From Actinomycetota bacterium (GTDB lineage: Bacteria; Actinomycetota; Actinomycetes; Nanopelagicales; Nanopelagicaceae), in NCBI GenBank assembly GCA_009702835.1, contig WLHF01000001.1:10673-74672 (forward strand): 64,000 nucleotides of DNA, read 5' to 3'. The stretch's first letter is position 1, and each line of letters opens with the position of its first letter. The translations under genes and the position numbers were made by a program. A model generated the notes under the pieces. That model saw only the letters and a list, made by a program, of their open reading frames with translations. It was not told where the DNA came from and did no database searches. Positions 39,562-49,157 of this stretch are shown here, one piece after another.

Positions 39562-40173
39562 ATGAGTACAGCAGATACAACTAATAAGGCGCGTCTGCCT
39601 CGGGATGAGCGCCGTGCGCTCCTGTTATCGGCGGCTCTAGAGGTCTTCACCGTCGCTGGTTATCACTCTGCGGCTATGGATGAGATCGCCGATCGCGCAA
39701 ATGTCAGTAAACCAGTTTTATATCAGCATTTCCCATCAAAGCTCGATCTCTATTTAGCTGTACTAGATCTACACATTGACTCACTAGTCTTTGAAATTCA
39801 AAAGGCGATCGCATCTACTCCAGATAACGCAAATCGCGTTCATGCAACTGTTGATGCTTACTTTGCCTTCATTGAAAAAGAGGGTGAAGCATTTCGACTG
39901 CTTTTTGAGAGTGATATGAGCGTCGAACCATCTGTGCGAGAGCGACTCAATCGGATGACATACGACTGTGCAGCCGCAGCGAGTGCCGTTATCTCAATCG
40001 ATACTGGGCTGCCACGTGAGGCTTCAATGCTGCTTGGGGTCGGAATGATTGGTTATGCCCAAGTCACAGCACGACATTGGTTAGACCGAGACAGTACATT
40101 GACTCGCGAACAAGCCGTAGAACTCGTTAACAACCTCATGTGGAGAGGGATTTCGGGTTTCCCACGCAATTAA
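39562..40173 (+). CDS. TetR/AcrR family regulator (Rv3208-like)
   Basis: GYHSAAMDEIA...VSKPVLYQHFPSK; TACGAT 7 nt before ATG. Confidence 0.9.
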   Translation: MSTADTTNKARLPRDERRALLLSAALEVFTVAGYHSAAMDEIADRANVSKPVLYQHFPSKLDLYLAVLDLHIDSLVFEIQKAIASTPDNANRVHATVDAYFAFIEKEGEAFRLLFESDMSVEPSVRERLNRMTYDCAAAASAVISIDTGLPREASMLLGVGMIGYAQVTARHWLDRDSTLTREQAVELVNNLMWRGISGFPRN

Positions 40174-40193
40174 AGGCCGATAGGATTAACCCT

Positions 40194-40451
40194 ATGAGCG
40201 TTAAAAAAAGTGAAGTCGCTATAAAATCTGAGGTCCGCATCGCTGTTACTCGCGTTGCAAGCGACATCGTTTTTGAGAGCGCTATGAGTGCAACTGATAT
40301 TAAGAGCGCAGTGACTGAGGCGATCACAACGGGCAAGCCACTAACGCTCAGTGATGTTCGCGGTCATGAGATTATCGTTCCGGCAGACAAGATTGGTTTC
40401 GTTGAAGTTGGCGAATCTCCATCGCGTCGTGTCGGCTTCGGCGCTGCATAA
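40194..40451 (+). CDS. DUF3107 family protein
   Basis: EVRIAV...LTLSDVRG...IIVPADKIGFVEVG...RRVGFG. Confidence 0.85.
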   Translation: MSVKKSEVAIKSEVRIAVTRVASDIVFESAMSATDIKSAVTEAITTGKPLTLSDVRGHEIIVPADKIGFVEVGESPSRRVGFGAA

Positions 40452-40452
40452 C

Positions 40453-41805
40453 GTGTCACTGACTTTCGCCGAACTTCCACTTCGCCCCCAAACTATTGAA
40501 GCCCTTCATGCACACGGCTTCACCGCACCCTTTGCAATTCAAGAGATGGTTCTGCCCATCGCACTTGGTGATGGTGATGTCATTGGTCAGGCAAAGACTG
40601 GCACAGGAAAAACATTAGCTTTTGGAATTCCACTTATCGAACGCGTCATTGCCCCGCATGATCCCGAGTGGGCAGATTTTGCAACTAAGGGAATGCCACA
40701 GGTTTTAATCGTTGTTCCAACTCGCGAATTATGTACACAGGTCACACGCGATATCGAAGAGCTAGCTAGTAATCGTGGAATCCGGACATTGGCCGTTTAT
40801 GGTGGGCGCGCATTTGAGCCACAGATCGAAGCTCTTCAAGCTGGAGTTGAAATCGTTGTTGGAACTCCAGGACGGTTATTAGATCTTTCTCGACAGGGCC
40901 AGTTGAAGTTAAAAGAGGTTTCACGTCTTGTCTTAGATGAGGCCGATGAGATGTTAGACCTTGGCTTCTTGCCCGATGTTGAAAAGATTTTGGCAAATAC
41001 TCCAAAGCGTACGCAGACAATGCTTTTCTCAGCGACCATGCCTGGCGACATTATCGCTCTGGCCAGACGCTTCATGAATCAGCCAATTCATATTCGCACG
41101 CAAGATAGCGAAGATGAAGGCGCAGTCGTAAGCCGCATCGAACAACACGTTCTGCGTGCACATGCCATGGATAAGATTGAAATGCTCGCTCGCATTTTGC
41201 AGGCAGATGGTCGTGGACCGACGATTGTTTTCTGTCGTACCAAGCGCACCTGCCAAAAGACAGCCGATGATCTTATTGAACGTGGCTTTAGAGCCGACAC
41301 AATCCATGGCGATCTTGGCCAAGGCGCGCGTGAAAAGGCTTTAGGAGATTTCAAGGCTGGTAAATCAGATGTTCTTGTTGCAACCGATGTCGCCGCACGT
41401 GGAATTGATATTGAAGGGATCACTCACGTGATTAACTATCAATGTCCAGAGGATGAAAAAACTTATGTCCACCGCATTGGGCGTACTGCACGTGCCGGCG
41501 CCGATGGAATTGCGGTGACATTCGTTGATTGGGATGAGCTCGCGCGTTGGAAGATGATTAATCAAGTTCTCGAACTTGGATTGGCCGAGCCCGAAGAGAC
41601 TTACTCATCATCGCCACACCTCTTTGAGGTTCTTAACATTCCCACTGGCTCAACTGGCCGCATGGTTAAAGCCAAGCCAGTTGTACGTGTTGAGAGTAAA
41701 GGCTCATCTGCACCACGCAGAGATTCAGCTCCACGCAAAGCAGTACAACCTAAGGAAAAGATTGAGCGAACTCGTACACGGACTAAGAAGTTTAAAGAAA
41801 GCTAA
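40453..41805 (+). CDS. DEAD/DEAH box RNA helicase
   Basis: Q motif, AKTGTGKT, PTREL, DEAD, SAT, HRIGRTAR. Confidence 0.95.
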   Translation: MSLTFAELPLRPQTIEALHAHGFTAPFAIQEMVLPIALGDGDVIGQAKTGTGKTLAFGIPLIERVIAPHDPEWADFATKGMPQVLIVVPTRELCTQVTRDIEELASNRGIRTLAVYGGRAFEPQIEALQAGVEIVVGTPGRLLDLSRQGQLKLKEVSRLVLDEADEMLDLGFLPDVEKILANTPKRTQTMLFSATMPGDIIALARRFMNQPIHIRTQDSEDEGAVVSRIEQHVLRAHAMDKIEMLARILQADGRGPTIVFCRTKRTCQKTADDLIERGFRADTIHGDLGQGAREKALGDFKAGKSDVLVATDVAARGIDIEGITHVINYQCPEDEKTYVHRIGRTARAGADGIAVTFVDWDELARWKMINQVLELGLAEPEETYSSSPHLFEVLNIPTGSTGRMVKAKPVVRVESKGSSAPRRDSAPRKAVQPKEKIERTRTRTKKFKES

Positions 41806-42422
41806 GCTGCAACAAAAACCCGTATCGCATCTACAAGCATCTGCACTGCGATCGCGGCAAGTAATAAACCTGCGATACGAGCAACCAGTGTAACTCCAGC
41901 CTCTTTTATGACTTTTAAGATCGTCGTTGATGCCATTAAGGCAGCTGCGATAGCAAGATGAACCCCAACAACAGCTGCAATTAATCCAATAATTCGCCCA
42001 GGTGTATCGGCGCTTTGCACGAAGATCATCGTTGCAACGATTGCACCCGGACCGGCAAGCAACGGTGTTCCAAGAGGCACTAATGCAATATTGGAATCTG
42101 AACTCTTGCTTTTGCCACTACCTGTACCACCAGTTAATAAATCAAGTGAGATCAAAAGTAATAACAAAGCCCCTGCCGCCTGCAGTGCCGCCATAGAGAT
42201 ATTGAGATAGCTGAGTATAAAACGGCCAAATAAAGCAAAGAGTGTGATGACAGAGAAGGAAACTGCCGCGGCTTTAATTGCTAGAACTCTTCGCTCCTTA
42301 GGCGTCTTATCTGCAACGAGTGCTAAAAATATGGGCGTGGCACCTGGTGGATCCATAATTACAAAGAGTGTTACAAAGGATTGAATTGCAAATGTAAGTG
42401 CGCTTATCTGGAGTGCCTTCAT
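41802..42422 (-). CDS. MarC family membrane protein
   Basis: IMDPPG, VPLGTPLLAGPGAI, RIAGLLLAAIAVQM. Confidence 0.9.
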   Translation of the reverse strand: MKALQISALTFAIQSFVTLFVIMDPPGATPIFLALVADKTPKERRVLAIKAAAVSFSVITLFALFGRFILSYLNISMAALQAAGALLLLLISLDLLTGGTGSGKSKSSDSNIALVPLGTPLLAGPGAIVATMIFVQSADTPGRIIGLIAAVVGVHLAIAAALMASTTILKVIKEAGVTLVARIAGLLLAAIAVQMLVDAIRVFVAA

Positions 42423-43264
42423 GCCCGTACCACCCGTCGCTGATCTGCAAGTGACTCTAATCTTTCCCACTGATCAGGAGCCGTTTGAAATTCACCTAAT
42501 GAATTGAGTTTACCGTTGCCGTGATAGTCGCTGGCACCAGTTACTACTAGCCCCAATTCATTGGCGATATTTCGCAGCATGGCACGCTCGTCAGGGTTTT
42601 GATCACGGTGATCAACCTCAATTCCATGTAAGCCGGCCGCTACTAAATCTGAAAAATCAGCTGCTTGAAGAGTTTGTCCTCTGTGGGATGCAAAGGGGTG
42701 TGCAATGACTGCAACTCCCCCAGCGGCACAGATCATGGCAATCGCATCGACCGGGGTAGGTGCCGCGTGAGAGACATAAAAAGCAGAACCATTGTTGAGC
42801 ATTCCCTGAAAAGCCTCATCACGCGATTTTATGATTCCTTTATTAACAAGTGCATCGGCTAAGTGAGGGCGCCCTAGAACTGCACCATCTGGACGCGCAG
42901 CTTCGACATCATCCATCGAAATATCAATCCCAGCTGCTCGCATCTTTTCAATCATCTTTCGCATACGGGGTAGGCGACCATCACGAGTTTCTTCAAGCAT
43001 TATCTGCATCTCTTTATGCTCGCCATTAAAGAGCAGAGCTAACATGTGCACGCTAACTCCATCATTGGTCAAGCAGGAGATTTCACTACCTAAAGCAAGG
43101 CCGATACTCCCCCGCACTGTTTCTGCGGCTTGGGCCCAACCCGACGTCGTATCGTGGTCGGTGATGCCAAGAAGGGTTATTCCTAGTGAAATCGCTTTAT
43201 TTACCAGCTCTCGCGGGCTATCAGTTCCATCGCTCTTATTTGTATGTGTATGTAAATCAATCAT
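42419..43264 (-). CDS. PHP domain phosphoesterase
   Basis: IDLHTHT..SDG, ITDHDT, GRPH, AHP, TGASDYHG. Confidence 0.92.
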   Translation of the reverse strand: MIDLHTHTNKSDGTDSPRELVNKAISLGITLLGITDHDTTSGWAQAAETVRGSIGLALGSEISCLTNDGVSVHMLALLFNGEHKEMQIMLEETRDGRLPRMRKMIEKMRAAGIDISMDDVEAARPDGAVLGRPHLADALVNKGIIKSRDEAFQGMLNNGSAFYVSHAAPTPVDAIAMICAAGGVAVIAHPFASHRGQTLQAADFSDLVAAGLHGIEVDHRDQNPDERAMLRNIANELGLVVTGASDYHGNGKLNSLGEFQTAPDQWERLESLADQRRVVRA

Positions 43265-44184
43265 GGATTTAACTCTGCTCGCGCACTTCGTGTCCGTGTA
43301 ACTACCAAAATGCAACCCACCAAAATAAGTACAATTCCGGGCAAAATTCCAAGTGGTGGCTTTTGCCCAAGCCACCATACTGCTAATACAGAACTGACTG
43401 GTACTTCAAAGAAAATGATGAGAGAAACTATTGCAGGTGATACTCGTTTAAGTGTGGAGTTAAACATAGTATGGCCAAGAATTTGAGCACCGAAAACCAA
43501 TCCAATTAAAATCCACCACTCGCGCGCATTAAAGTTAAAGAGTGAATATCCAGAAATTAGTGCGATCGGTAGGGCTGCGATTGAACAAACAAAGTAACAA
43601 ATGGTTGTGTAAGTAGTTGTTTCAATAGTTCTTTGGGCTCTAGAGCCAGCCATAATGTAAAGGGCGGCGACGGCAGCTGAAATTAATGCAGCAAGATCAC
43701 CTAAAAACGATCTGAACGAAATTTGCAGATCAACTCCTGAGATTAGTAGAACTCCAGAAAAACTCACCACCATTCCTAGCCACGCTTTGGATGGAATATG
43801 CCCTCCAGTCATCTTCACAAAAAGCGCAGCAAATATTGGCTGTAATGCAACGAGGGCGGTACCAGCTGCAACGCTTGTCCAGCGCATTGCCAGAAAAAAA
43901 CCCATGAAGTGTGTAGAAAGAAGAAGCCCGGCAATCACAGACCACTTCACACCATTTCGATTGAGCGAATGTCGGAGTGCAAAAGGAAGGGTGACAATCG
44001 ATCCTCCGAGATTTCGCCAGAAAATCAATGTAGGAATCGACATGGTGCTCATTGCAATCAACGGCCCGGATGTACCCACACCAAGAATTCCAAGGCCTAA
44101 GCGAATAAGGTCGGGCCTGGCTGGAATAGCTGCATGACTATCGCGAATATGTTGCTCATTCTCTAACTGTTCGCCGCTACCCAT
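43261..44184 (-). CDS. DMT/EamA family transporter
   Basis: About 10 TM, two EamA repeats. Confidence 0.88.
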   Translation of the reverse strand: MGSGEQLENEQHIRDSHAAIPARPDLIRLGLGILGVGTSGPLIAMSTMSIPTLIFWRNLGGSIVTLPFALRHSLNRNGVKWSVIAGLLLSTHFMGFFLAMRWTSVAAGTALVALQPIFAALFVKMTGGHIPSKAWLGMVVSFSGVLLISGVDLQISFRSFLGDLAALISAAVAALYIMAGSRAQRTIETTTYTTICYFVCSIAALPIALISGYSLFNFNAREWWILIGLVFGAQILGHTMFNSTLKRVSPAIVSLIIFFEVPVSSVLAVWWLGQKPPLGILPGIVLILVGCILVVTRTRSARAELNP

Positions 44185-44190
44185 AAGAGA

Positions 44191-44200
44191 AAGGTACCCT
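44191..44200. promoter_or_regulatory. Bidirectional overlapping -10 boxes for two leaderless divergent genes
   Basis: + TACCCT 44195-44200, 6 nt to ATG 44207; - TACCTT 44196-44191, 6 nt to ATG 44184. Confidence 0.65.
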
Positions 44201-44206
44201 TATCTC

Positions 44207-45478
44207 ATGAGCAGCAATCTCCTCAACCGAGTATTTCTCGCCCGTCTTGCAGGCACTGCGGTCTTTGACCCTAATGGTGATCCTGTAGGAAAGGTGCGAG
44301 ATGCTGTTGCGACCCTTCGCACAAATAATCTTCCACCCCGCGTCTTAGGTCTTGTCGTTGAAGTTCCATTACGCCGCCGTGTATTTGTACCAATCACTCG
44401 TGTTACATCCATTGAAAGTGGAACAGTTGTTATTACTGGTCTACTTAATATGCGCCGCTATGAAACACGTTCTGGTGAGGTTCTAGTCCTTGGTGACATG
44501 CTCGATCGCTCAATCACCCTTATTGCATCCGATGAAGTTGTAACGGTTGAAGATATGGGAATGGAGCAAAACCAGAGTGGTGATTGGCTTATTAATAAAG
44601 TGCACATCATGCGCTCTGGTCATGGACTTCGCCGTAAGGGGGCAACTTCTACCGTTTCTTGGGAGGAAGTAGTTGGCTTTGCACACACCGAACAAAATCA
44701 AGGCGTTGCAAATTTACTTTTAACTTTAGCCAACTTGCGTGCAGCAGATTTAGCAACGGTATTGCAGGACTTACCTCCTAAGCGTCGAGTTGAAGTTGCA
44801 GGCGCACTTACCGATGAGCGACTAGCCGATGTACTCGAAGAGATGGATGAAAACGCCCGTGTTTCACTCTTAGCCGAACTCGAGGGTGAGCGCGCTGCAG
44901 ATGTTTTAGGTGAGATGGATCCAGATGATGCCGCCGATTTATTGCGTGAGATCGGCCAGGAGCGCGCAGAAGCACTCATCGAGTTAATGGAGCCTGAAGA
45001 TGCTGAGGATGTTCTGCGACTCATGAACTATGAGGATTATTCAGCGGGCGGAATGATGACAACCGAACCAATTGTAATGAGCGCTGATTACTCAGTTGCC
45101 GATGCCCTTGCCGCAGTGCGCCAACAAGAGATTTCACCAGCATTGGCATCACAGATTTTTATCGCGCGTCAACCACTTGAAACACCTACGGGACGCTTTA
45201 TTGGAACAGTGCATTACCAACGATTATTGCGCGAACCACCTTCGACTCTCTTGGGCTCAATCGTAGATACGCACTCTCGCGGTGTCACGCCCGATGCATC
45301 TCTGCATGAGGTTTCATCACACTTGGCAAGCTACAACATGCTCTCGCTACCTGTAGTTGATGCCAACAATCGCTTGCTAGGTGCGATAACCGTCGATGAC
45401 GTTCTCGATCACTTACTGCCAGATAACTGGAGACATGATCATCGCGAGAAATCGCCCGTTGAATATAAGGAGGGTTAG
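44207..45478 (+). CDS. MgtE N-terminal/CBS domain protein (no TM domain)
   Basis: PRC-like N-term, acidic MgtE_N repeats, SAGGMMTTEP, PVVD...GAITVDD. Confidence 0.88.
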   Translation: MSSNLLNRVFLARLAGTAVFDPNGDPVGKVRDAVATLRTNNLPPRVLGLVVEVPLRRRVFVPITRVTSIESGTVVITGLLNMRRYETRSGEVLVLGDMLDRSITLIASDEVVTVEDMGMEQNQSGDWLINKVHIMRSGHGLRRKGATSTVSWEEVVGFAHTEQNQGVANLLLTLANLRAADLATVLQDLPPKRRVEVAGALTDERLADVLEEMDENARVSLLAELEGERAADVLGEMDPDDAADLLREIGQERAEALIELMEPEDAEDVLRLMNYEDYSAGGMMTTEPIVMSADYSVADALAAVRQQEISPALASQIFIARQPLETPTGRFIGTVHYQRLLREPPSTLLGSIVDTHSRGVTPDASLHEVSSHLASYNMLSLPVVDANNRLLGAITVDDVLDHLLPDNWRHDHREKSPVEYKEG

Positions 45479-45480
45479 TC

Positions 45481-45978
45481 ATGGCACGTAGCTTCGGTTT
45501 AGATACACCACGTGATACCCGACGGACTCTGCGACCAAACTTTGATCCTGAAACATTTGGACGCTTGTCAGAGAGCTTTGCACGATTCTTAGGTACTGCA
45601 CGCTTTTTGGTCTACATGAGCGTCTTTGTTCTTACTTGGGTTGCTTGGAACTTCATTGCGCCTAAAGATCTGCGCTTTGATGACTACCCATTTATCTTTT
45701 TAACACTCATTCTTTCGCTACAAGCATCATATGCAGCTCCATTAATCTTGTTGGCGCAGAATCGACAGGCCGACCGCGATCGAATTCAGCTCAATGAAGA
45801 TCGTGCACGTAACGAACGTAGTATCGCCGATGCCGAATATTTAACGCGTGAAATTGCAGCACTTCGAATCTCACTTGGTGACGTTGCTACACGCGATTTT
45901 GTGCGCGGTGAGCTTTCAGATTTAGCAAAAGAGGTTATTACTGAACTACGTAGCAATTCCCAATCGGACTCCGAGTAA
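45481..45978 (+). CDS. DUF1003 family membrane protein
   Basis: FDDYPFIFLTLILSLQASYAAPLILLAQNRQ. Confidence 0.9.
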   Translation: MARSFGLDTPRDTRRTLRPNFDPETFGRLSESFARFLGTARFLVYMSVFVLTWVAWNFIAPKDLRFDDYPFIFLTLILSLQASYAAPLILLAQNRQADRDRIQLNEDRARNERSIADAEYLTREIAALRISLGDVATRDFVRGELSDLAKEVITELRSNSQSDSE

Positions 45979-47067
45979 AGACTTACTTCGCTTTATTAGT
46001 TTTTCAGTAATCTCAAAGAGGGCTTTTGCACTAGCTGATTCTGGGTCAGAGATTACAACTGGAACGCCAGCATCTCCGCCTAAGCGAAGATCAACACTAA
46101 ATGGAATCTTTCCGAGTAGTGCAACATCGCTTCCGACTAACTGCGATAACCGCTTAGCTGTCTCATCTCCTCCACCGTTTCCAAAGAGTGAAACGATCGC
46201 CCCAGTTGCCGGATCTGTGTACTCAGACATATTTTCAACGACACCGATTACCTGTTGGTGAATCTGGTGTGCGATTCGACCTGCGCGCTCAGCGACTTCC
46301 GCGGCTGCAACTTGCGGGGTTGTCACAACCAAGATTTCAGAGGTTGGAATTAACTGACCGAGAGAGATTGCAAGATCTCCAGTGCCAGGCGGTAAATCGA
46401 TAAGTAATAGATCTAAATCCCCCCAATAGGCATCGGATAAGAGTTGCTCAAGGACTCGGTGCAGCAGTGGTCCACGATAGGCAACTGCATCACTGCGCTC
46501 TGGCTTAAACATCTCCATTGAAACGGTTTTCACGCCAAAGGATTCGAGCGGAATAAACATTTGATCGATCGCCGTTGGACGTTGGCCCATAAGGCCCATT
46601 AAGCGCGGAATCGAGTGGCCATACACATCGGCATCGAGGATCCCAACGCGCAAGCCCTTTTGAGCGGCGGCAACTGCAAGGTTTACAGTGACCGAGGATT
46701 TTCCAACTCCACCTTTTCCTGATGCGATTCCGATTACTCGCGTCAATGAATCTGGTTGGGCAAATGGAATAAACTTTTCGCGGCCATTGCGCATTATTTT
46801 TTTTACATTATCACGCTGTTCTTGTGACATAACCCCAAATGTCAACTGAACAGATGTGACGCCTTCAATGGCTGAAACCGCGCCAGTAATATCACTGCGC
46901 AAACGATCCTGCATTGGACAACCCGATATCGTTAGGAGAATCGAAAGAGAGACTATGCCATTGTCCTCATTAACCCCATCGACCATTCCAAGCTCGGTAA
47001 TCGATCGGTGAAGTTCGGGATCCTGTACGGTGGATAAAGCATCGCTTACTTGATCGATCAGAGTCAT
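45946..47067 (-). CDS. mrp: Mrp/NBP35 Fe-S carrier ATPase
   Basis: DPEL, SGKGGVGKS, DADVYG, DLPPGTGD, VTTPQ, ENMS. Confidence 0.94.
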   Translation of the reverse strand: MTLIDQVSDALSTVQDPELHRSITELGMVDGVNEDNGIVSLSILLTISGCPMQDRLRSDITGAVSAIEGVTSVQLTFGVMSQEQRDNVKKIMRNGREKFIPFAQPDSLTRVIGIASGKGGVGKSSVTVNLAVAAAQKGLRVGILDADVYGHSIPRLMGLMGQRPTAIDQMFIPLESFGVKTVSMEMFKPERSDAVAYRGPLLHRVLEQLLSDAYWGDLDLLLIDLPPGTGDLAISLGQLIPTSEILVVTTPQVAAAEVAERAGRIAHQIHQQVIGVVENMSEYTDPATGAIVSLFGNGGGDETAKRLSQLVGSDVALLGKIPFSVDLRLGGDAGVPVVISDPESASAKALFEITEKLIKRSKSLLGVRLGIAT

Positions 47068-47369
47068 ATGAGATCTGGATCAATCCGTGCCTCGGGACGC
47101 TTCGGCGTTGTCACAGGTTTATCCTCCATAAGATCGGCTAACTGCTTCTTCACAAATGTCTTTGGGTGAAGATCGGCGGGCTGTAGATTTTCAAAACCCG
47201 GTCCTAAATTCTCCTTTAACTCAGTCGTTGCAGTTTGCGAAAGAGCACGTAACTTCTTCAGTATCTTGGCAGCCTCTACCGCCGCCTTTGGCAGGCGCTC
47301 TGGCCCAACTAAAATCATCGCCAAAATAGCAAGGCCGAAGAGTTCTCCTGCACCGATATCAAAGAACAT
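47064..47369 (-). CDS. tatB: Sec-independent translocase TatB
   Basis: MFFDIGAGE...LVGPERLP; htrA-tatB-mrp order. Confidence 0.9.
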   Translation of the reverse strand: MFFDIGAGELFGLAILAMILVGPERLPKAAVEAAKILKKLRALSQTATTELKENLGPGFENLQPADLHPKTFVKKQLADLMEDKPVTTPKRPEARIDPDLI

Positions 47370-47396
47370 GCACTTAGCCTACCTGCAATGAGCTCG

Positions 47397-48518
47397 TTAG
47401 TCTTTTGCCGCAATTAAGGACAATGTAGCTGAATACTCTTTGCCATCACGCACATATGTAATCGTGACGCGATCTGCGACGTTCTTGGATCGAACGGCGA
47501 CAATGAGCTCCTCGGCGGCATTTATTCCGCGATCGTCAAATTTAATAATAATGTCACCTGGCTTTAAGCCCGCCTTTTGAGCTGGCCCACCCGACATGAT
47601 TCCAGAGCTAGTTTTGGCGATGAGTGCACCCACACCCGTAAAGTTCATATCTAATGAGACGCCTAAAACTGGGTATGTAGCTTTGCCGTTCTTAATTAAT
47701 TGATCGGCTGTTTTGCGCGCTTGATTAATTGGAATCGCAAATCCTAAACCGATTGAGCCTGCCTGCGACGTTGAACCCAGAGATGCGATTGCAGAGTTAA
47801 CACCGATGACGGCTCCCGTTGAATCAACGAGTGGTCCTCCAGAGTTGCCAGGATTAATTGCCGCATCGGTTTGAAGGGCGTTAATAAATGAATTTTCAGC
47901 CCGTGAGCCACCTGCAGTAACTGGACGGTTTTTTGCACTAATAATTCCCAATGTTACAGTTCCAGATAGTCCAAGAGGTGAGCCAATTGCAATTACTGGA
48001 TCTCCAACGGCGACCATATCGCTATCGCCAAACTGCAGCGCCGATAAGTTTGCCGTAGCAATTTTCAATACTGCTAAATCATAAGAGGCATCACGGCCCA
48101 CAATTGTTGCGTTATAAACATCACCGTTATTGAGTGTGACACGTAGGGTGCCACCTGATTGTGCTACCGAGGCAATGACGTGATTGTTAGTCAAGATATA
48201 TCCACCGCTATCGATAATAAAGCCAGAGCCTGTGCCACCTCCACCGCTTGTACGAGTAGTGATAGAAACAACTGATGGTAGAACTCGTGCAGCGATTCCG
48301 GCGACAGAGTCTGGCGCTCTTTCAATAACGCTGGCAGAAGAAACTAGATTTGCATGCCTAAATAATGTGCCACCTGTTGCGCTAACACCTAAGAAGCCAC
48401 CAACGCTGCCGGCAAGTAGGGCAACTAGAACGACCGTACCCCGCGTATTTTTTCTAGAGTGCGAACTTTCCCACCAAGGTGGCGCAACATGTGTCCTCTT
48501 TGTACGGGGAAATATCAT
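47397..48518 (-). CDS. htrA: HtrA/DegP serine protease with PDZ
   Basis: GSGF, LTNNHV, DLAV, QTDAAINPGNSGG, PDZ. Confidence 0.93.
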   Translation of the reverse strand: MIFPRTKRTHVAPPWWESSHSRKNTRGTVVLVALLAGSVGGFLGVSATGGTLFRHANLVSSASVIERAPDSVAGIAARVLPSVVSITTRTSGGGGTGSGFIIDSGGYILTNNHVIASVAQSGGTLRVTLNNGDVYNATIVGRDASYDLAVLKIATANLSALQFGDSDMVAVGDPVIAIGSPLGLSGTVTLGIISAKNRPVTAGGSRAENSFINALQTDAAINPGNSGGPLVDSTGAVIGVNSAIASLGSTSQAGSIGLGFAIPINQARKTADQLIKNGKATYPVLGVSLDMNFTGVGALIAKTSSGIMSGGPAQKAGLKPGDIIIKFDDRGINAAEELIVAVRSKNVADRVTITYVRDGKEYSATLSLIAAKD

Positions 48519-48530
48519 GGCTGTATTTTG

Positions 48531-49157
48531 CTACAACTTAGTAGCGACTAACAAACCATCGCCCGATGCAATCAAAGTACTCACCCAATGCTCTGAGTCA
48601 TTTTTGATGATTTTCCCAGCATCGCGCAGCGAAACCGTCTTTGGATCACGCTGGGCTGGATCACAGACTTTAGATCCCCCAAAGAAGTTATCGATTACTA
48701 GAGCCCCGCCACTTCGCAAAATGCGGTGTGCCTCACCGATCACAAAGGTTAAATCCTCTGGATTGTGGCGCAGAACAACGAGGTCATAGGCGCGATCAGT
48801 AAGTTTTGAGATTACATCCAGAACTGAGTTAGTAATGAGGCGATATCGTGTCTGAGAAATATCGGCATCATTGAAAGCCATCTTTGCAATACGGGTGTGT
48901 TCCATCTCATCATCGATCGATGTCAATGTTCCGCTATTGAGCATTCCATCGAGCAGCCACAGGCTTCCGACACCTGAACCCGTACCCACTTCTACAACTG
49001 ACTGCGCCGACAATGTAAAGGCTAAGTGGCGAAGATAGGCACCGGCACCGGGTGTTACATCTACTGCGCCGAGTTCGATGCCACGTGCACGTGCCTGTGA
49101 TTTGAAGTGATCTTCAACGATAAAGTTTTCAGCATACGAGTGTGGATCGGTTTTCAT
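48531..49157 (-). CDS. O-methyltransferase (Rv1220c-like)
   Basis: VEVGTGSGVGSLWLL, LTSID, YDLV; TGATG overlap with pepA. Confidence 0.88.
   Translation of the reverse strand: MKTDPHSYAENFIVEDHFKSQARARGIELGAVDVTPGAGAYLRHLAFTLSAQSVVEVGTGSGVGSLWLLDGMLNSGTLTSIDDEMEHTRIAKMAFNDADISQTRYRLITNSVLDVISKLTDRAYDLVVLRHNPEDLTFVIGEAHRILRSGGALVIDNFFGGSKVCDPAQRDPKTVSLRDAGKIIKNDSEHWVSTLIASGDGLLVATKL

Noticed and set aside
44207-45978. TM-less MgtE plus DUF1003 as a novel split transporter
   Set aside because: This pair is a widespread, already noted actinobacterial arrangement.
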